From a virus, in IMG/VR virus record IMGVR_UViG_3300018079_000001, positions 1 through 64,000 of that record: 64,000 bases of DNA; one strand, written 5' to 3'. Under the pieces are notes generated by a model, which saw only the letters and a list, made by a program, of their open reading frames with translations, did no database searches and had not been told where the DNA came from. Shown in pieces: positions 19,184 to 28,374 of the stretch (its first letter is position 1; each line of letters opens with the position of its first letter). A program made the position numbers and the translations under genes.

Positions 19184-21666
19184 AAGTTACCGTAATCGGC
19201 TACTCGGGCAACGATCACATTGTTATTGGTGAGCTACGTGTACTCGGTGGCAAAATTGTCGTCGCGCCGAATCCTCACTACCGAAATCAAGATCGCGCCC
19301 GTAAAATACTAGAGTCGATTGCAACTGACCCTGTACGGTGGGCTGGACAAAAAATCGGTCCGGACAAAGTACAGGTGTTTATGAATCTGTTGCATACGCA
19401 GTATAGTGGCTCGTACTTGCGTGTTACTAAGCCGGAGATTGACAGCCTGAAGAAGTGGGATGAAGCTGACCATCCGCGCGTGGGCTCTGGCGAACACGGT
19501 GGCGAGTTCACGTCTGGTGGTGGCGGTGGAGCGGGAGCGGCTGACGACACGAAATCCTGGACGAAGGACAAGGCCCCGGCAGACCAGGAGCGCGCTGCGA
19601 AGTTGGAAACGGAGCGACAGACGGCGGTCGGCAACGTCGAGAAGCTGGTGTCAGGCGTAACCGGCTCCGACGAGAGTGGTCAGGCGTTGACGAGTCCGTC
19701 CCAAGTCAAGACGTGGGCGAACATGCCGCAAGAGTGGCAGGGGCACGCGGCGAACGGATTCATCAGTGACTACGTCAATGGCAACATGCCCGCCAGTGAA
19801 GAGTGGCAATCCAAACCCCACACGTGGGACCAGGTGCCGCAAGATTGGAAGGACAAGGGCAAAGCGGACTATCTGACCGGGTACGCTGTTGGTGATAGCC
19901 CTACGCCCGCTGCTCTTGCCGAGGGCGTGGCGAATTGGGAGAAGATGCCCGATCAGGAAAAGCTGGAATACTCACAGCAGATGTACAACCAAAATGCTGC
20001 AAAGGAACGGCAGAGACTCACTGACGAGGCGGGCAGCCTGTGGGGTGACATGGGCGACGAGGGTAAGCTAAACTTCGCGCAAACCGAGGCGAAGGACTTC
20101 CCTGAGTTAGCGGTCGAGGAAGATGACCCTGACTCCGACGAGCCGCCGAGTGAAATGTCTGTTGATGATTTCGGTGATTGGGACGGGCTTCCGAGCGACT
20201 GGCAGGAGAAGACAAAAGAGAAGTGGATGGAGGACTCCTACGCCGAGTTCGAGCAGAGCGAGAAGGAATCATTCGAGCCCGACCGCGACTACCACGAAGA
20301 GCGCGTCTCCGAGGACGAGGATGCGGTGCACGCCCTGATCAAGGAAATTCCCGAGGAAAACTACATCTACCCTGGCATGGGCGAGTACGAGACACCGGAG
20401 GATGCGGAGGAAGGTGGAGCCGAGGACAAACGCCGCGAGAAAGAGTGGCAGGAAAACTTCGACCTGAAGGCGTCGGTCGATGACGGCGCGTTCACCTGGG
20501 ACAAAAATGGCGAACTGACTGTGGATACTGACAGGTTGGTCTTCCACAAAAATCCTCACGAGGATGACGCGCAGCAGATGATCCCTGGCGTTGATCGCGC
20601 GGAGTTGTCGAACGCGTACAAGAAAAGCCAGTGGGAAGGCGTTGCTCGGGACTACGAAAAAGAGTTCAAGGCGAAGTTCGAGAAGGCCGTCGAGAAGAGC
20701 ATGGAGGAAGAGTCCGAGAACTACGAACCGGACAAATCCTCTGTCGAAGAGTACATGGAGCAGCAGTGGGATGACGGCTTTAGCGACAAGCAGAAGTTCA
20801 AGCACGCGCAGAACTACCTGTCTGACGAGACGGTCGAGAGTGATCAAGAATCGACAGCAGGCAGTGGTGGACCAATCCGCATACCGAAAGCCTTCGAGTT
20901 GTTCAGCGGCGAAGACGAAAAGAACCCTGGCGACTACAAGATGACCGGGCGCCTGGGTCGTGCGCTCACCATCGCCCGTGCCGAGCAGATTGCGAAAGAA
21001 CGCGGCATCGAGGATTTTGGTGGTGTCAGTTCGATGGAGAGTTTGGGCAACACGCTGTGGGAGGGCTGGAAAGGTTCGTCCACAAACAGCCACGGTAAGT
21101 TGCTTCAGGTTGCGTCGGCGGACGAGTTGGGCGGCAATTTGCAACCGTGGCTCGCTGAGGAAGCAGACGCGATTCGCAAGAACAGAGGATACCCGGCCGC
21201 AAAGGCATACGTGCGCGGGCTGTGGGAAACTTCACAGTACCTCATGCACAAGGCGGGCATGAAGGAACTGGACATATACCGGGGCATCATGGTGGACGGC
21301 GACAAGTTGGCAGCAGAAAAAACCGAGCGCGTCGTGGTACACGGCAACGATATGGAGCGTATTGCAGAAAAGCACTTCGACCAGAACGGAGCCGCGTCGT
21401 TCACAATGAAGCGCGACGTGGCAAACGGCTGGAACGGCATCGGGCACAACATGCCGCCGAACCCGAAGCGGGTCGTGCTTCGCGCTCGTGTCCCTTTAAC
21501 GGCTGTGCTTGCGCTGCCCGCGTATGGCAAGAACTACCACGAGGAAAAGGAAGTCGTCGTGGTTGGCACCCCGTGGAAGAAGTGGGACGCCTGGAAGCAC
21601 AAGGCCCCGACGATTGGGGAGACGGAATCAGACGTAGCGCTCAAATGGAGGACGGCTCGTGCTTGA
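19180..21666 (+). CDS. Head-associated polyprotein 2: small N-terminal domain + HPR motif + shared helical domain + C-terminal ADP-ribosyltransferase-like domain
   Basis: TTG start with RBS GGAGG; WDEADHPR..GGEF; IYRG, ASFT, HEEKEVVV (R-S-ExE). Confidence 0.75.
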   Translation: MKVTVIGYSGNDHIVIGELRVLGGKIVVAPNPHYRNQDRARKILESIATDPVRWAGQKIGPDKVQVFMNLLHTQYSGSYLRVTKPEIDSLKKWDEADHPRVGSGEHGGEFTSGGGGGAGAADDTKSWTKDKAPADQERAAKLETERQTAVGNVEKLVSGVTGSDESGQALTSPSQVKTWANMPQEWQGHAANGFISDYVNGNMPASEEWQSKPHTWDQVPQDWKDKGKADYLTGYAVGDSPTPAALAEGVANWEKMPDQEKLEYSQQMYNQNAAKERQRLTDEAGSLWGDMGDEGKLNFAQTEAKDFPELAVEEDDPDSDEPPSEMSVDDFGDWDGLPSDWQEKTKEKWMEDSYAEFEQSEKESFEPDRDYHEERVSEDEDAVHALIKEIPEENYIYPGMGEYETPEDAEEGGAEDKRREKEWQENFDLKASVDDGAFTWDKNGELTVDTDRLVFHKNPHEDDAQQMIPGVDRAELSNAYKKSQWEGVARDYEKEFKAKFEKAVEKSMEEESENYEPDKSSVEEYMEQQWDDGFSDKQKFKHAQNYLSDETVESDQESTAGSGGPIRIPKAFELFSGEDEKNPGDYKMTGRLGRALTIARAEQIAKERGIEDFGGVSSMESLGNTLWEGWKGSSTNSHGKLLQVASADELGGNLQPWLAEEADAIRKNRGYPAAKAYVRGLWETSQYLMHKAGMKELDIYRGIMVDGDKLAAEKTERVVVHGNDMERIAEKHFDQNGAASFTMKRDVANGWNGIGHNMPPNPKRVVLRARVPLTAVLALPAYGKNYHEEKEVVVVGTPWKKWDAWKHKAPTIGETESDVALKWRTARA

Positions 21667-24088
21667 GATAGAACTGGACAAACCTGGCGACCCTCACTGG
21701 CTGTCCAAGCCGAAGAAGCTGCGCAAGTTCGACCCGAGTCAGCAGCGTGACGAGGACGGCAAATGGTCGGAGACGGGTGCGGGAGGTGGCGCGACCACCG
21801 AACCGAAGGGCAGCGCAGGTCACGGATACGAGGCCCCGAAGGGGCAGGCTAGCTTACCGGCCGAAGCCAAGGACATCGCGGACGAATACGATTCCGCCCC
21901 CGAGATCGGACCAGGCGCAAAGGAAGCGTGGGCGAAGCTGTCGGCTGACATTGACCGGGACTTCGCCGAGATCACCAAGACGGTTGCAGTCGAGAAGGTC
22001 ACAGGTCAGCCGTACTCGTCGATCGACGAGATGTTCGCCGACATCGACGCTGGCCGCTTCAAGGTGACGACCGACTACTCGCAGCATCCGCTGTGGTCGG
22101 AGGATCAGAACTGGAAGTTTCGTGTGGTGCATGACTACTACGGACACTACAAGACGGGCGACAAGAGCGTGGACTTCTCGCTGGAAGGCGAACGTAGCGC
22201 GTTCTTGAGCCAGGCGCAACGGTCAAGCGACCTGGACGCGCGTCGGGCGTTGCAGACCGAAGTATACGGGCAAGCATCCGCGTTCTACAAGAACGGTGCA
22301 TTTGGCAAGCAGAAGGTGTATCTGCCGGGAGCGGACGTTGCGGAGCGGTGGACCGCGCCGGCAGCGCAGGACTTCATCACGGCGCGTGACCGGAACCCTC
22401 GGGGGGACTTCTTCTCGCACCTGGAGCCGGGCGACCTGAAAGGCTACAAGCTGATCATGAATGAGTCGCACTCGGCGGGAGCGGCCGTTGCGCCCGATGG
22501 CGACATTCAGAACGTGTTCCGCAACCCCAACTCGCCGAAGGGTGCCGGGACAGCCGCATTGCACGAGGCTGTACGGCAGGGCGGGCTGATGCTCGACGCG
22601 TACGAATACGAGACTCCGGGTCAGCCGGGCCTGCCAGACGTGTACCGCAAGGCGGGGTTCGTCGAGACGGGCCGCATGAAGTTCAACCCGGCGTACCGTC
22701 CAGCCTGGGGACCAGAGCGGCGGCCAGATGTTGTGTTCATGGCTTACGTGGGTGGCGATCAATCGAAGTCGCCGAAGTCAGACCACTACTACCAGCCGCA
22801 CGAATGGGATCGTGCTAAGAAGGAATCCCTGGCCTCGGCCGATGCGCCAGGCGAGAGCGAAATAGCACGGCAACTGCGTGAGCAGCGCTCCCGTCGCGCA
22901 TATCAGGATGTGAACAGGCCGAAGCTGCCGCCAGAGGTAGATCAGGCACTGAGAGGGCTCGGCAAGTCAGTGCTCTCGTCCAAGGACCGTGAGGACCTGA
23001 AAATCAAAACGAACAAAAAGAAGTGGGGTGGTCGGCCACATGTCTTCACTGCCGCCGAGTGGACGCACCCGAACGGACATCCGCGCTGCGTTCGTTGCGG
23101 CGACGAGGAACCGAGTGACGGGCTGTGTATGCCGGAGTTGCTGAAGTGGGCAACCATGCTCGATGTTGCCATGTCTGGCACTCATCAGGTGGATAGTGGT
23201 AAAATAAAAGAGAAGGGAACCTTCATGTCGAAGAGTTGGATCGCAGAGTTTCATGCCGATTGCATCACAAAGGGAGCCGCCTGCTCCGTGAAGTGGCCAG
23301 TGTGCCCCGAGAAGAAAGCTGCCGTCGAGAAGTACATCCGCGAAGAGGGTGGGAAGTTCAACGTCTACTCCGAGGACGGCAAGAAACTCGGCACGCATTC
23401 GACCCGAGCCGAGGCCGCCGCGCAGCTTCGCGCAATCGAGGCGAACAAGGACGCGACGCGCGGATATCCCGAGTTGGGTGTACCTCCGGCTCCAGTCGCG
23501 ATGAAGGCATTGCAGGGTGCATGGAACGCGTACGCGAAGTCGGTCGGGATCGTGTTCAAATCTGAGGAAGTTCAAGCTGAGCCGGTCGAAAAGGGCGTGT
23601 ACCGAGTCGCGGCTCCGGGCGGGAAGTGGGTATACTTCGCGGTCGAGGGTGACCAAGCGGGGCGGGTCGAGTATCAGCGGAAGAACGGTATGCTGGCCCC
23701 GGTGGTGAAGGCCGAGAAGCAGCGCTATACCCTCGGCGCCGTGTACGCGCCGGGTGAGACGGATTTTCATGGCGACACCATGACCGAAGTCGAATTGGAA
23801 AAGGCGGCGTGGGCGTTCGCACAGAAGGACGGGCTCACGGGCCGCGTCGGGCTCATGCACCAATCAGGCACGGAAAAAGCGGGCAAGGTAGTCGAGTCAT
23901 ACGTCTACCGTGGTCCGGTGTGGAAGTTCAAGGACACCTCGGGTGTGACTCAGACGATCACACCGGGCACGTGGATGCTCGGTGTCGTGTGGGAACCGGA
24001 GGGCTGGAATCAAATCGAACGTGGCAGCGTGCGGGGTTATTCACTCCAAGGGGTTGCCCGCAAGTTCGCCAATGGGGAGGAAGTATAA
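21659..24088 (+). CDS. Head-associated polyprotein 3: HDxxGH domain + GNAT-like domain + Zn finger + C-terminal XkdF-type prohead serine protease
   Basis: FRVVHDYYGH; GDIQNVF..KGAG..GG.MLDAY..YRKAGF; protease GAVYAPG..D.HGD, MH, VVESY, GTWMLG, GYSLQG. Confidence 0.8.
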   Translation: MLEIELDKPGDPHWLSKPKKLRKFDPSQQRDEDGKWSETGAGGGATTEPKGSAGHGYEAPKGQASLPAEAKDIADEYDSAPEIGPGAKEAWAKLSADIDRDFAEITKTVAVEKVTGQPYSSIDEMFADIDAGRFKVTTDYSQHPLWSEDQNWKFRVVHDYYGHYKTGDKSVDFSLEGERSAFLSQAQRSSDLDARRALQTEVYGQASAFYKNGAFGKQKVYLPGADVAERWTAPAAQDFITARDRNPRGDFFSHLEPGDLKGYKLIMNESHSAGAAVAPDGDIQNVFRNPNSPKGAGTAALHEAVRQGGLMLDAYEYETPGQPGLPDVYRKAGFVETGRMKFNPAYRPAWGPERRPDVVFMAYVGGDQSKSPKSDHYYQPHEWDRAKKESLASADAPGESEIARQLREQRSRRAYQDVNRPKLPPEVDQALRGLGKSVLSSKDREDLKIKTNKKKWGGRPHVFTAAEWTHPNGHPRCVRCGDEEPSDGLCMPELLKWATMLDVAMSGTHQVDSGKIKEKGTFMSKSWIAEFHADCITKGAACSVKWPVCPEKKAAVEKYIREEGGKFNVYSEDGKKLGTHSTRAEAAAQLRAIEANKDATRGYPELGVPPAPVAMKALQGAWNAYAKSVGIVFKSEEVQAEPVEKGVYRVAAPGGKWVYFAVEGDQAGRVEYQRKNGMLAPVVKAEKQRYTLGAVYAPGETDFHGDTMTEVELEKAAWAFAQKDGLTGRVGLMHQSGTEKAGKVVESYVYRGPVWKFKDTSGVTQTITPGTWMLGVVWEPEGWNQIERGSVRGYSLQGVARKFANGEEV
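23196..23213 (+). promoter_or_regulatory. Promoter motif A copy 3, internal to polyprotein 3, before in-frame ATG 23225
   Basis: GTGGTAAAATAAAAGAGA followed by AGGGA and an in-frame ATG. Confidence 0.65.
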
Positions 24089-24459
24089 TGGCACACACAT
24101 GGTACAGAGAAGACGCATTCCTGAACACGAAGAAGCCGGCCAGTTTCGACCCTGTCCAGCCGGGCAACATCGGCGGCATCGAGCCGAAGCCGAAGACGAT
24201 GGCCGGTCCGCCCGAACCGTACGTGTGTGAGATCGCGAACACGGACGAGACAGCGAAGGTTCGCACCGAGACGGCGAAGGTTGGTGACGCAGTGAATCCG
24301 GTGGCGACCGACGCGGCGATGGGCAAGGACACGTCTTTCAGTCCTGGTCGTCAGGAAGACGGCAAGTACGAGGGCTCACCCGAGTTGTACCAGCCCGGCG
24401 ACGAAGACGCGAACCTGTACAGTCCTCGGGACTGGACCGCGACGAACGAGAGGAACTGA
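24088..24459 (+). CDS. Hypothetical head-module protein
   Basis: TAATG overlap; RBS GGAGG. Confidence 0.55.
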   Translation: MAHTWYREDAFLNTKKPASFDPVQPGNIGGIEPKPKTMAGPPEPYVCEIANTDETAKVRTETAKVGDAVNPVATDAAMGKDTSFSPGRQEDGKYEGSPELYQPGDEDANLYSPRDWTATNERN

Positions 24460-24460
24460 C

Positions 24461-24976
24461 ATGTTCAAGCACGACGCGTTCTTGGGAAAGGTCGAGAAGC
24501 AGGCCGATACACCAGACCCGCTTTGCAATACTTCGGTAGTCGAGAAGTCCGGGTTCGCTGGCAGTGATCCGTTCCTTCGCGATCATGGTTTCGAGACGGT
24601 CGAAAAGTGTGGTGAGTGTTCCGCGTGCAAGGGCTTGAAGAAAGGCAGTGGAGACTTCACCGATTGCATGACCCGGATCGTTCCGGCTGCGAAGCCCGAC
24701 GATCCAGAGGCGTTCTGCGCTGACTACGAACATCGGCAGACCGGCCACTGGCCGGGCGAGAAGCGCGCGTCGGAGTCGTTGCAGAAGGTGTGGAGTGACG
24801 AGGCGCGAGCGGCTGCTGCTGAGGCACGGGAAAACAATGCTAGGGCGCGGTCAAGAGACGAGGGCGGTCCACCTGATGTTCTTCCAGAGAAGCCGAAAGG
24901 TAGACGGCCACCGCCTGTAGGTTCGCCGGGACGTAGAGATTGGGCGCAAAGCGCTACGATTCGTCCTGGATCATAA
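24461..24976 (+). CDS. Hypothetical Cys-rich head-module protein
   Basis: CxxCxxC; FTDCM..DDPEAFCA..H..TG.WPGE; KVWSDEARAAA. Confidence 0.55.
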   Translation: MFKHDAFLGKVEKQADTPDPLCNTSVVEKSGFAGSDPFLRDHGFETVEKCGECSACKGLKKGSGDFTDCMTRIVPAAKPDDPEAFCADYEHRQTGHWPGEKRASESLQKVWSDEARAAAAEARENNARARSRDEGGPPDVLPEKPKGRRPPPVGSPGRRDWAQSATIRPGS

Positions 24977-24978
24977 AA

Positions 24979-25212
24979 ATGGGCGAATGCGCTCCGATCT
25001 TGTACAACTGTACGGGCATCAACGAACACGGCACACGCTGTGGCAAGTTGCTGTTTGTGTTTCAATCCCCGAGCACCATGCCGATTGCAGGCGGCGGTAT
25101 GAAGCAGCCTGACCTGGGCATGATCGAGATGAAGTGCCGACGCTGCAAGACGCTGAACAAGTTCCGGTTGGCCGACTTCGACACCGCGATCCAGACCCTA
25201 CAGGTGGGCTAA
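24979..25212 (+). CDS. Mu Com-like zinc-ribbon protein
   Basis: C...RCGKLLF...IEMKCRRCKTLN. Confidence 0.65.
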   Translation: MGECAPILYNCTGINEHGTRCGKLLFVFQSPSTMPIAGGGMKQPDLGMIEMKCRRCKTLNKFRLADFDTAIQTLQVG

Positions 25213-25252
25213 ACACATGGGTGCCCTTCAAGTGGGGGTCGAGAATTAAGGC

Positions 25253-25289
25253 TTGCACTATATCTTGTAGAACGGTAAAATAAAAGAGT
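25253..25289 (+). promoter_or_regulatory. Promoter: TTGCAC-17 bp-TAAAAT including motif A copy 4, upstream of scaffold/capsid
   Basis: -35 at 25253-25258, -10 at 25276-25281, followed by AAAAGAGT. Confidence 0.8.
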
Positions 25290-25367
25290 AGAGTTGTAGA
25301 CAGGAACCGCCCCCTACCAGAAGTGCCATCGAGCACCAGTGCTGAGGGCCAACAACGGGAAAGGCAC

Positions 25368-26162
25368 ATGGCGCGCAAAAGCGAATTGGCAACCGAGTTG
25401 AAAGACCTGGACGTGGATCGAGTGGACGGAGTAGACCGTCCTGCCACGGGTCGAGCCTTTGCACTGTTCAAATCCGAAACCCTCACCAAGCAGGAGACGA
25501 CTACAATGGCGACGGAAATCACGAAGGCGCAACTGGACGAAATCCTCAAGAACTATGCGTCCGTCGCGACTGCGGCCGACATGCTCCTGAAGGCTCTCCG
25601 CAAGGATGCGGCCGGCAAGGTGAGCAAGAACACCGCCGTTGCAGTCAACGGACTGGCGCAGATCATGGGCGCCGAGCCTGTGTTCGTCGCGAAAGCCGTT
25701 CCCACGCAGCCGTACGAGATCAGCGAGAACGTGGACGGTGACAAGCGCGGCCCGGCCGACGAGAACATCGGTCCCAACTTCACTCCTCGCAGCATGCCCG
25801 GTTCGATGGTCGGCAAGGTTCAGTTCTCGGTGAAGGCTGCCGATGCTTCCTTGACCAAGGCCGGCGCACCGATGGTGGCTCCGGACGAAGAGAAGCCAGT
25901 CGAGCCCGAGAAGCCGAAGATGCCGTGGGACGACATGAAGATGGCGAAATCCATCGAAGATGCTGTCGCCAAGGGTATCGCCGAGGGGCTGAAGAAAGCC
26001 GCTCCGGTCGCGAAGGCTGAGAATGTCGAGAAAGCCGAGGGCAAAGCTGCCCCCGAGAGCAAGCAGGTTCAGACCGACGAGCAGCGCGCGGTTCGCAAGA
26101 GCGCGGGCTACCGTTTCGGCGAGTCGTTCGAGAACGTGGTTTTCGCGCGGCAAAGCGCGTAA
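25368..26162 (+). CDS. Capsid scaffold-like protein with XkdF N-terminal-like motif
   Basis: ELKDLDVDRVDGVDRPA..F..FKS; many V/L-x-K-A repeats; directly before the capsid gene. Confidence 0.7.
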   Translation: MARKSELATELKDLDVDRVDGVDRPATGRAFALFKSETLTKQETTTMATEITKAQLDEILKNYASVATAADMLLKALRKDAAGKVSKNTAVAVNGLAQIMGAEPVFVAKAVPTQPYEISENVDGDKRGPADENIGPNFTPRSMPGSMVGKVQFSVKAADASLTKAGAPMVAPDEEKPVEPEKPKMPWDDMKMAKSIEDAVAKGIAEGLKKAAPVAKAENVEKAEGKAAPESKQVQTDEQRAVRKSAGYRFGESFENVVFARQSA

Positions 26163-26194
26163 CGGACATCTGAAAGGACAAGAGGACAACGACA

Positions 26195-27187
26195 ATGCAG
26201 ATTCAACGGTGGCTCGAAAAGGCAACCTGGACGACTCCCGACATCACGTCTCCGGCTGGTGGCGGGTTGCTCTCCCCGCAACAGGCGCGTGAGTTCCTTC
26301 GCGTCCTGATCGACGAGAGTGTACTGCTTCGAGAGGCGAATAACCAGACTTCGCTCTCGCCGAAGTTCGAGGTTCCCCGGATCAGCTTCGGAGCCCGCAT
26401 CCTCCATGCCGGTGTCGAGGCGACTCGTTCGACTTCCGCTCAGCGTGTGAAGCCGGCAACGGGGCTCGTGACGCTTTCGACCAACCTCTTCAAGGGTGAA
26501 ATCGAAGTGTCGGACGAGATGTTCGAGGACAACATCGAGCGCGACGCGCTCGCGGACACGATCATGGTCATGCTGGCCGAGGCTGTCGGGCGTGACATCG
26601 AGGAGTACGTGATCAAGTCGGACACGGCCCGTACGGCTGCGGACGGCGCGGACTTCCCGGTCCTGGACCAGTTCGATGGGATGGTCAAACAGCTTCAGAC
26701 CAACCTGCCGGCTGCTCAGAAGGTGGACGCTGCTGCGATCGGTTCGTACGACGAGTTGTACCGGAAGATGATCAATCGTCTGCCAGCGCGGTATCGCCGC
26801 GACATGACGGCTCTTCGCCTGTACGTTCCCGTGAAGCACGGTGACGGCTACCAGACGGAGTTGGCTGGACGCGGCACTCCGCTAGGTGACACGAACGTCA
26901 TCGAGAACCTTCGGCTCAAGCTGGCTTTCCGAGGCGTGCCGGTCGTTCCGGTTCCGCTGATGACGGGTCAGTCCACGGTCGCTGGTGCTGCGATCGACTA
27001 CGACAACTTCGCGATCCTGACGCACCCGCTGAACCTGTACATCGGTTGGCATCGGCGCATTCGGGTCGAGCGGTGGCGCGATCCTCGGGACGGCGCGACC
27101 AGTTTCCTTCCGAGCATGCGCGTGGACGCGAAGTACGCGGACCCCGACTTCGGCGTGCTCGCGTTCAACATCGGCTTGGGTGTCTAA
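26195..27187 (+). CDS. Major capsid protein (HK97 fold, XkdG-like)
   Basis: GGLLSPQQA..F, EVSDEMFEDNIE, DIEE..I..DT, ILTHP.NL..G. Confidence 0.92.
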   Translation: MQIQRWLEKATWTTPDITSPAGGGLLSPQQAREFLRVLIDESVLLREANNQTSLSPKFEVPRISFGARILHAGVEATRSTSAQRVKPATGLVTLSTNLFKGEIEVSDEMFEDNIERDALADTIMVMLAEAVGRDIEEYVIKSDTARTAADGADFPVLDQFDGMVKQLQTNLPAAQKVDAAAIGSYDELYRKMINRLPARYRRDMTALRLYVPVKHGDGYQTELAGRGTPLGDTNVIENLRLKLAFRGVPVVPVPLMTGQSTVAGAAIDYDNFAILTHPLNLYIGWHRRIRVERWRDPRDGATSFLPSMRVDAKYADPDFGVLAFNIGLGV

Positions 27188-27214
27188 TCCAAGCTGATCC
27201 AGAGTGACTGAACA

Positions 27215-27240
27215 CCCCCGGGGCTTCACGGCCTCGGGGG
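27215..27240 (+). terminator. GC-rich hairpin after the capsid gene (terminator/attenuator-like, no U tract)
   Basis: CCCCCGGGGC-TTCACG-GCCTCGGGGG. Confidence 0.45.
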
Positions 27241-27281
27241 TCGAAACCAAAACGATCGAAACGTAGGCCGAGGAGACGACA

Positions 27282-28292
27282 ATGGCTCTGAACAAGAATC
27301 GGGCGTACACGCAAGGCATCGGGCGCAGCACGGTCATCATTCCGACCGGAGCGGGTGTGGACAACGACCCGGATGTCGGGACTCGAACTCCTGTTGCCGG
27401 GCTTCGCGAAGACGACATCATCACGAACGTGACACACGTCACGGCTGCCGGTGTCGAGTCCGACAAAACGTCTCTGCTCCGCACCTTCCGTGGCGCGAAG
27501 ACGGCCATCAGCAACATGGGCGGCGCGAACACGTCGCTCGACTATAGTGCGAAGACTCCGCAGGTGACCACGATCCAGTACGTTGTGACGGCCGGCACCG
27601 TGGGTGTTGTGGTGACCGCTAGCGGAGCCGCCATCACGGCGACCTTCGCCTCTGGTGCTCTGACCCGCGACATCGCGTCAGCGATTCGGAATCACTTCAG
27701 CGCTGGCCGAATCGTGTCGGTCAACAACACAACGGGCCACGACGGTTCGGCTGCTGCGATCGCGCTCGGTCCGTACACGCTCGGTCTGGACCCGGACGGC
27801 AATACGGCAGCGGCCGTGTTGGGCTACAATAACAACCAGGGTGGCACGCGGCCTTTCCACGTGATCGCTCAGGGCGTTCCGGACTCGGACATGATCATCG
27901 AACACACCGAAGTAGGTGTGACTGCATCGTACACAACGACGTTCGCGGACACCGACCAGGCAGTCACGACAGTCGCGTACGCTGCCCCGGCCATCACGGT
28001 GGACCTGCGGACGGTTGCGACTGTTCCAGTGGCAACCTTCGCCGAGATTGTCGCGGCCATCAACGCGAAGCACACGGCTGAGGGTTCGGCCTTCCCGTTC
28101 ACGGCGAAATTGCTTCCGAATCCCCGAGGCAACGACGGGACCGGCGTGGCGGTGGCTGCTGTCTCGGCAGCGTTCACCGATGTTGGGTTGGCGGCTGGTG
28201 TCATTCTCTTCGCTGACCTTGACGAAGTTGCTTCGCAGACGATCTTCACGGTCGATCGGCGCGACAACACGCCGACCGAGTCGAACGCGTAA
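27282..28292 (+). CDS. Putative capsid decoration / head fibre protein
   Basis: Directly after MCP; Ala/Thr/Gly-rich; carries the shared sheath-like domain. Confidence 0.55.
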   Translation: MALNKNRAYTQGIGRSTVIIPTGAGVDNDPDVGTRTPVAGLREDDIITNVTHVTAAGVESDKTSLLRTFRGAKTAISNMGGANTSLDYSAKTPQVTTIQYVVTAGTVGVVVTASGAAITATFASGALTRDIASAIRNHFSAGRIVSVNNTTGHDGSAAAIALGPYTLGLDPDGNTAAAVLGYNNNQGGTRPFHVIAQGVPDSDMIIEHTEVGVTASYTTTFADTDQAVTTVAYAAPAITVDLRTVATVPVATFAEIVAAINAKHTAEGSAFPFTAKLLPNPRGNDGTGVAVAAVSAAFTDVGLAAGVILFADLDEVASQTIFTVDRRDNTPTESNA

Positions 28293-28303
28293 CGAGTGAC
28301 TTT

Positions 28304-28340
28304 CGCCCCGGGGGTCAGCTAATCTCCTGACCCCCGGGTG
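28304..28340 (+). terminator. Hairpin, terminator-like
   Basis: CCCGGGGGTCAG...CTGACCCCCGGG inverted repeat. Confidence 0.5.
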
Positions 28341-28374
28341 TTGCAGTACCCAGGCGAGTCCCGAGGAGGACCAC

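Noticed and set aside
24060-24088. FANGEEV end of polyprotein 3 as a sixth DEEV tag
   Set aside because: It lacks the Asp and the Arg at -10; the GGAGG is explained as the RBS of the next gene.
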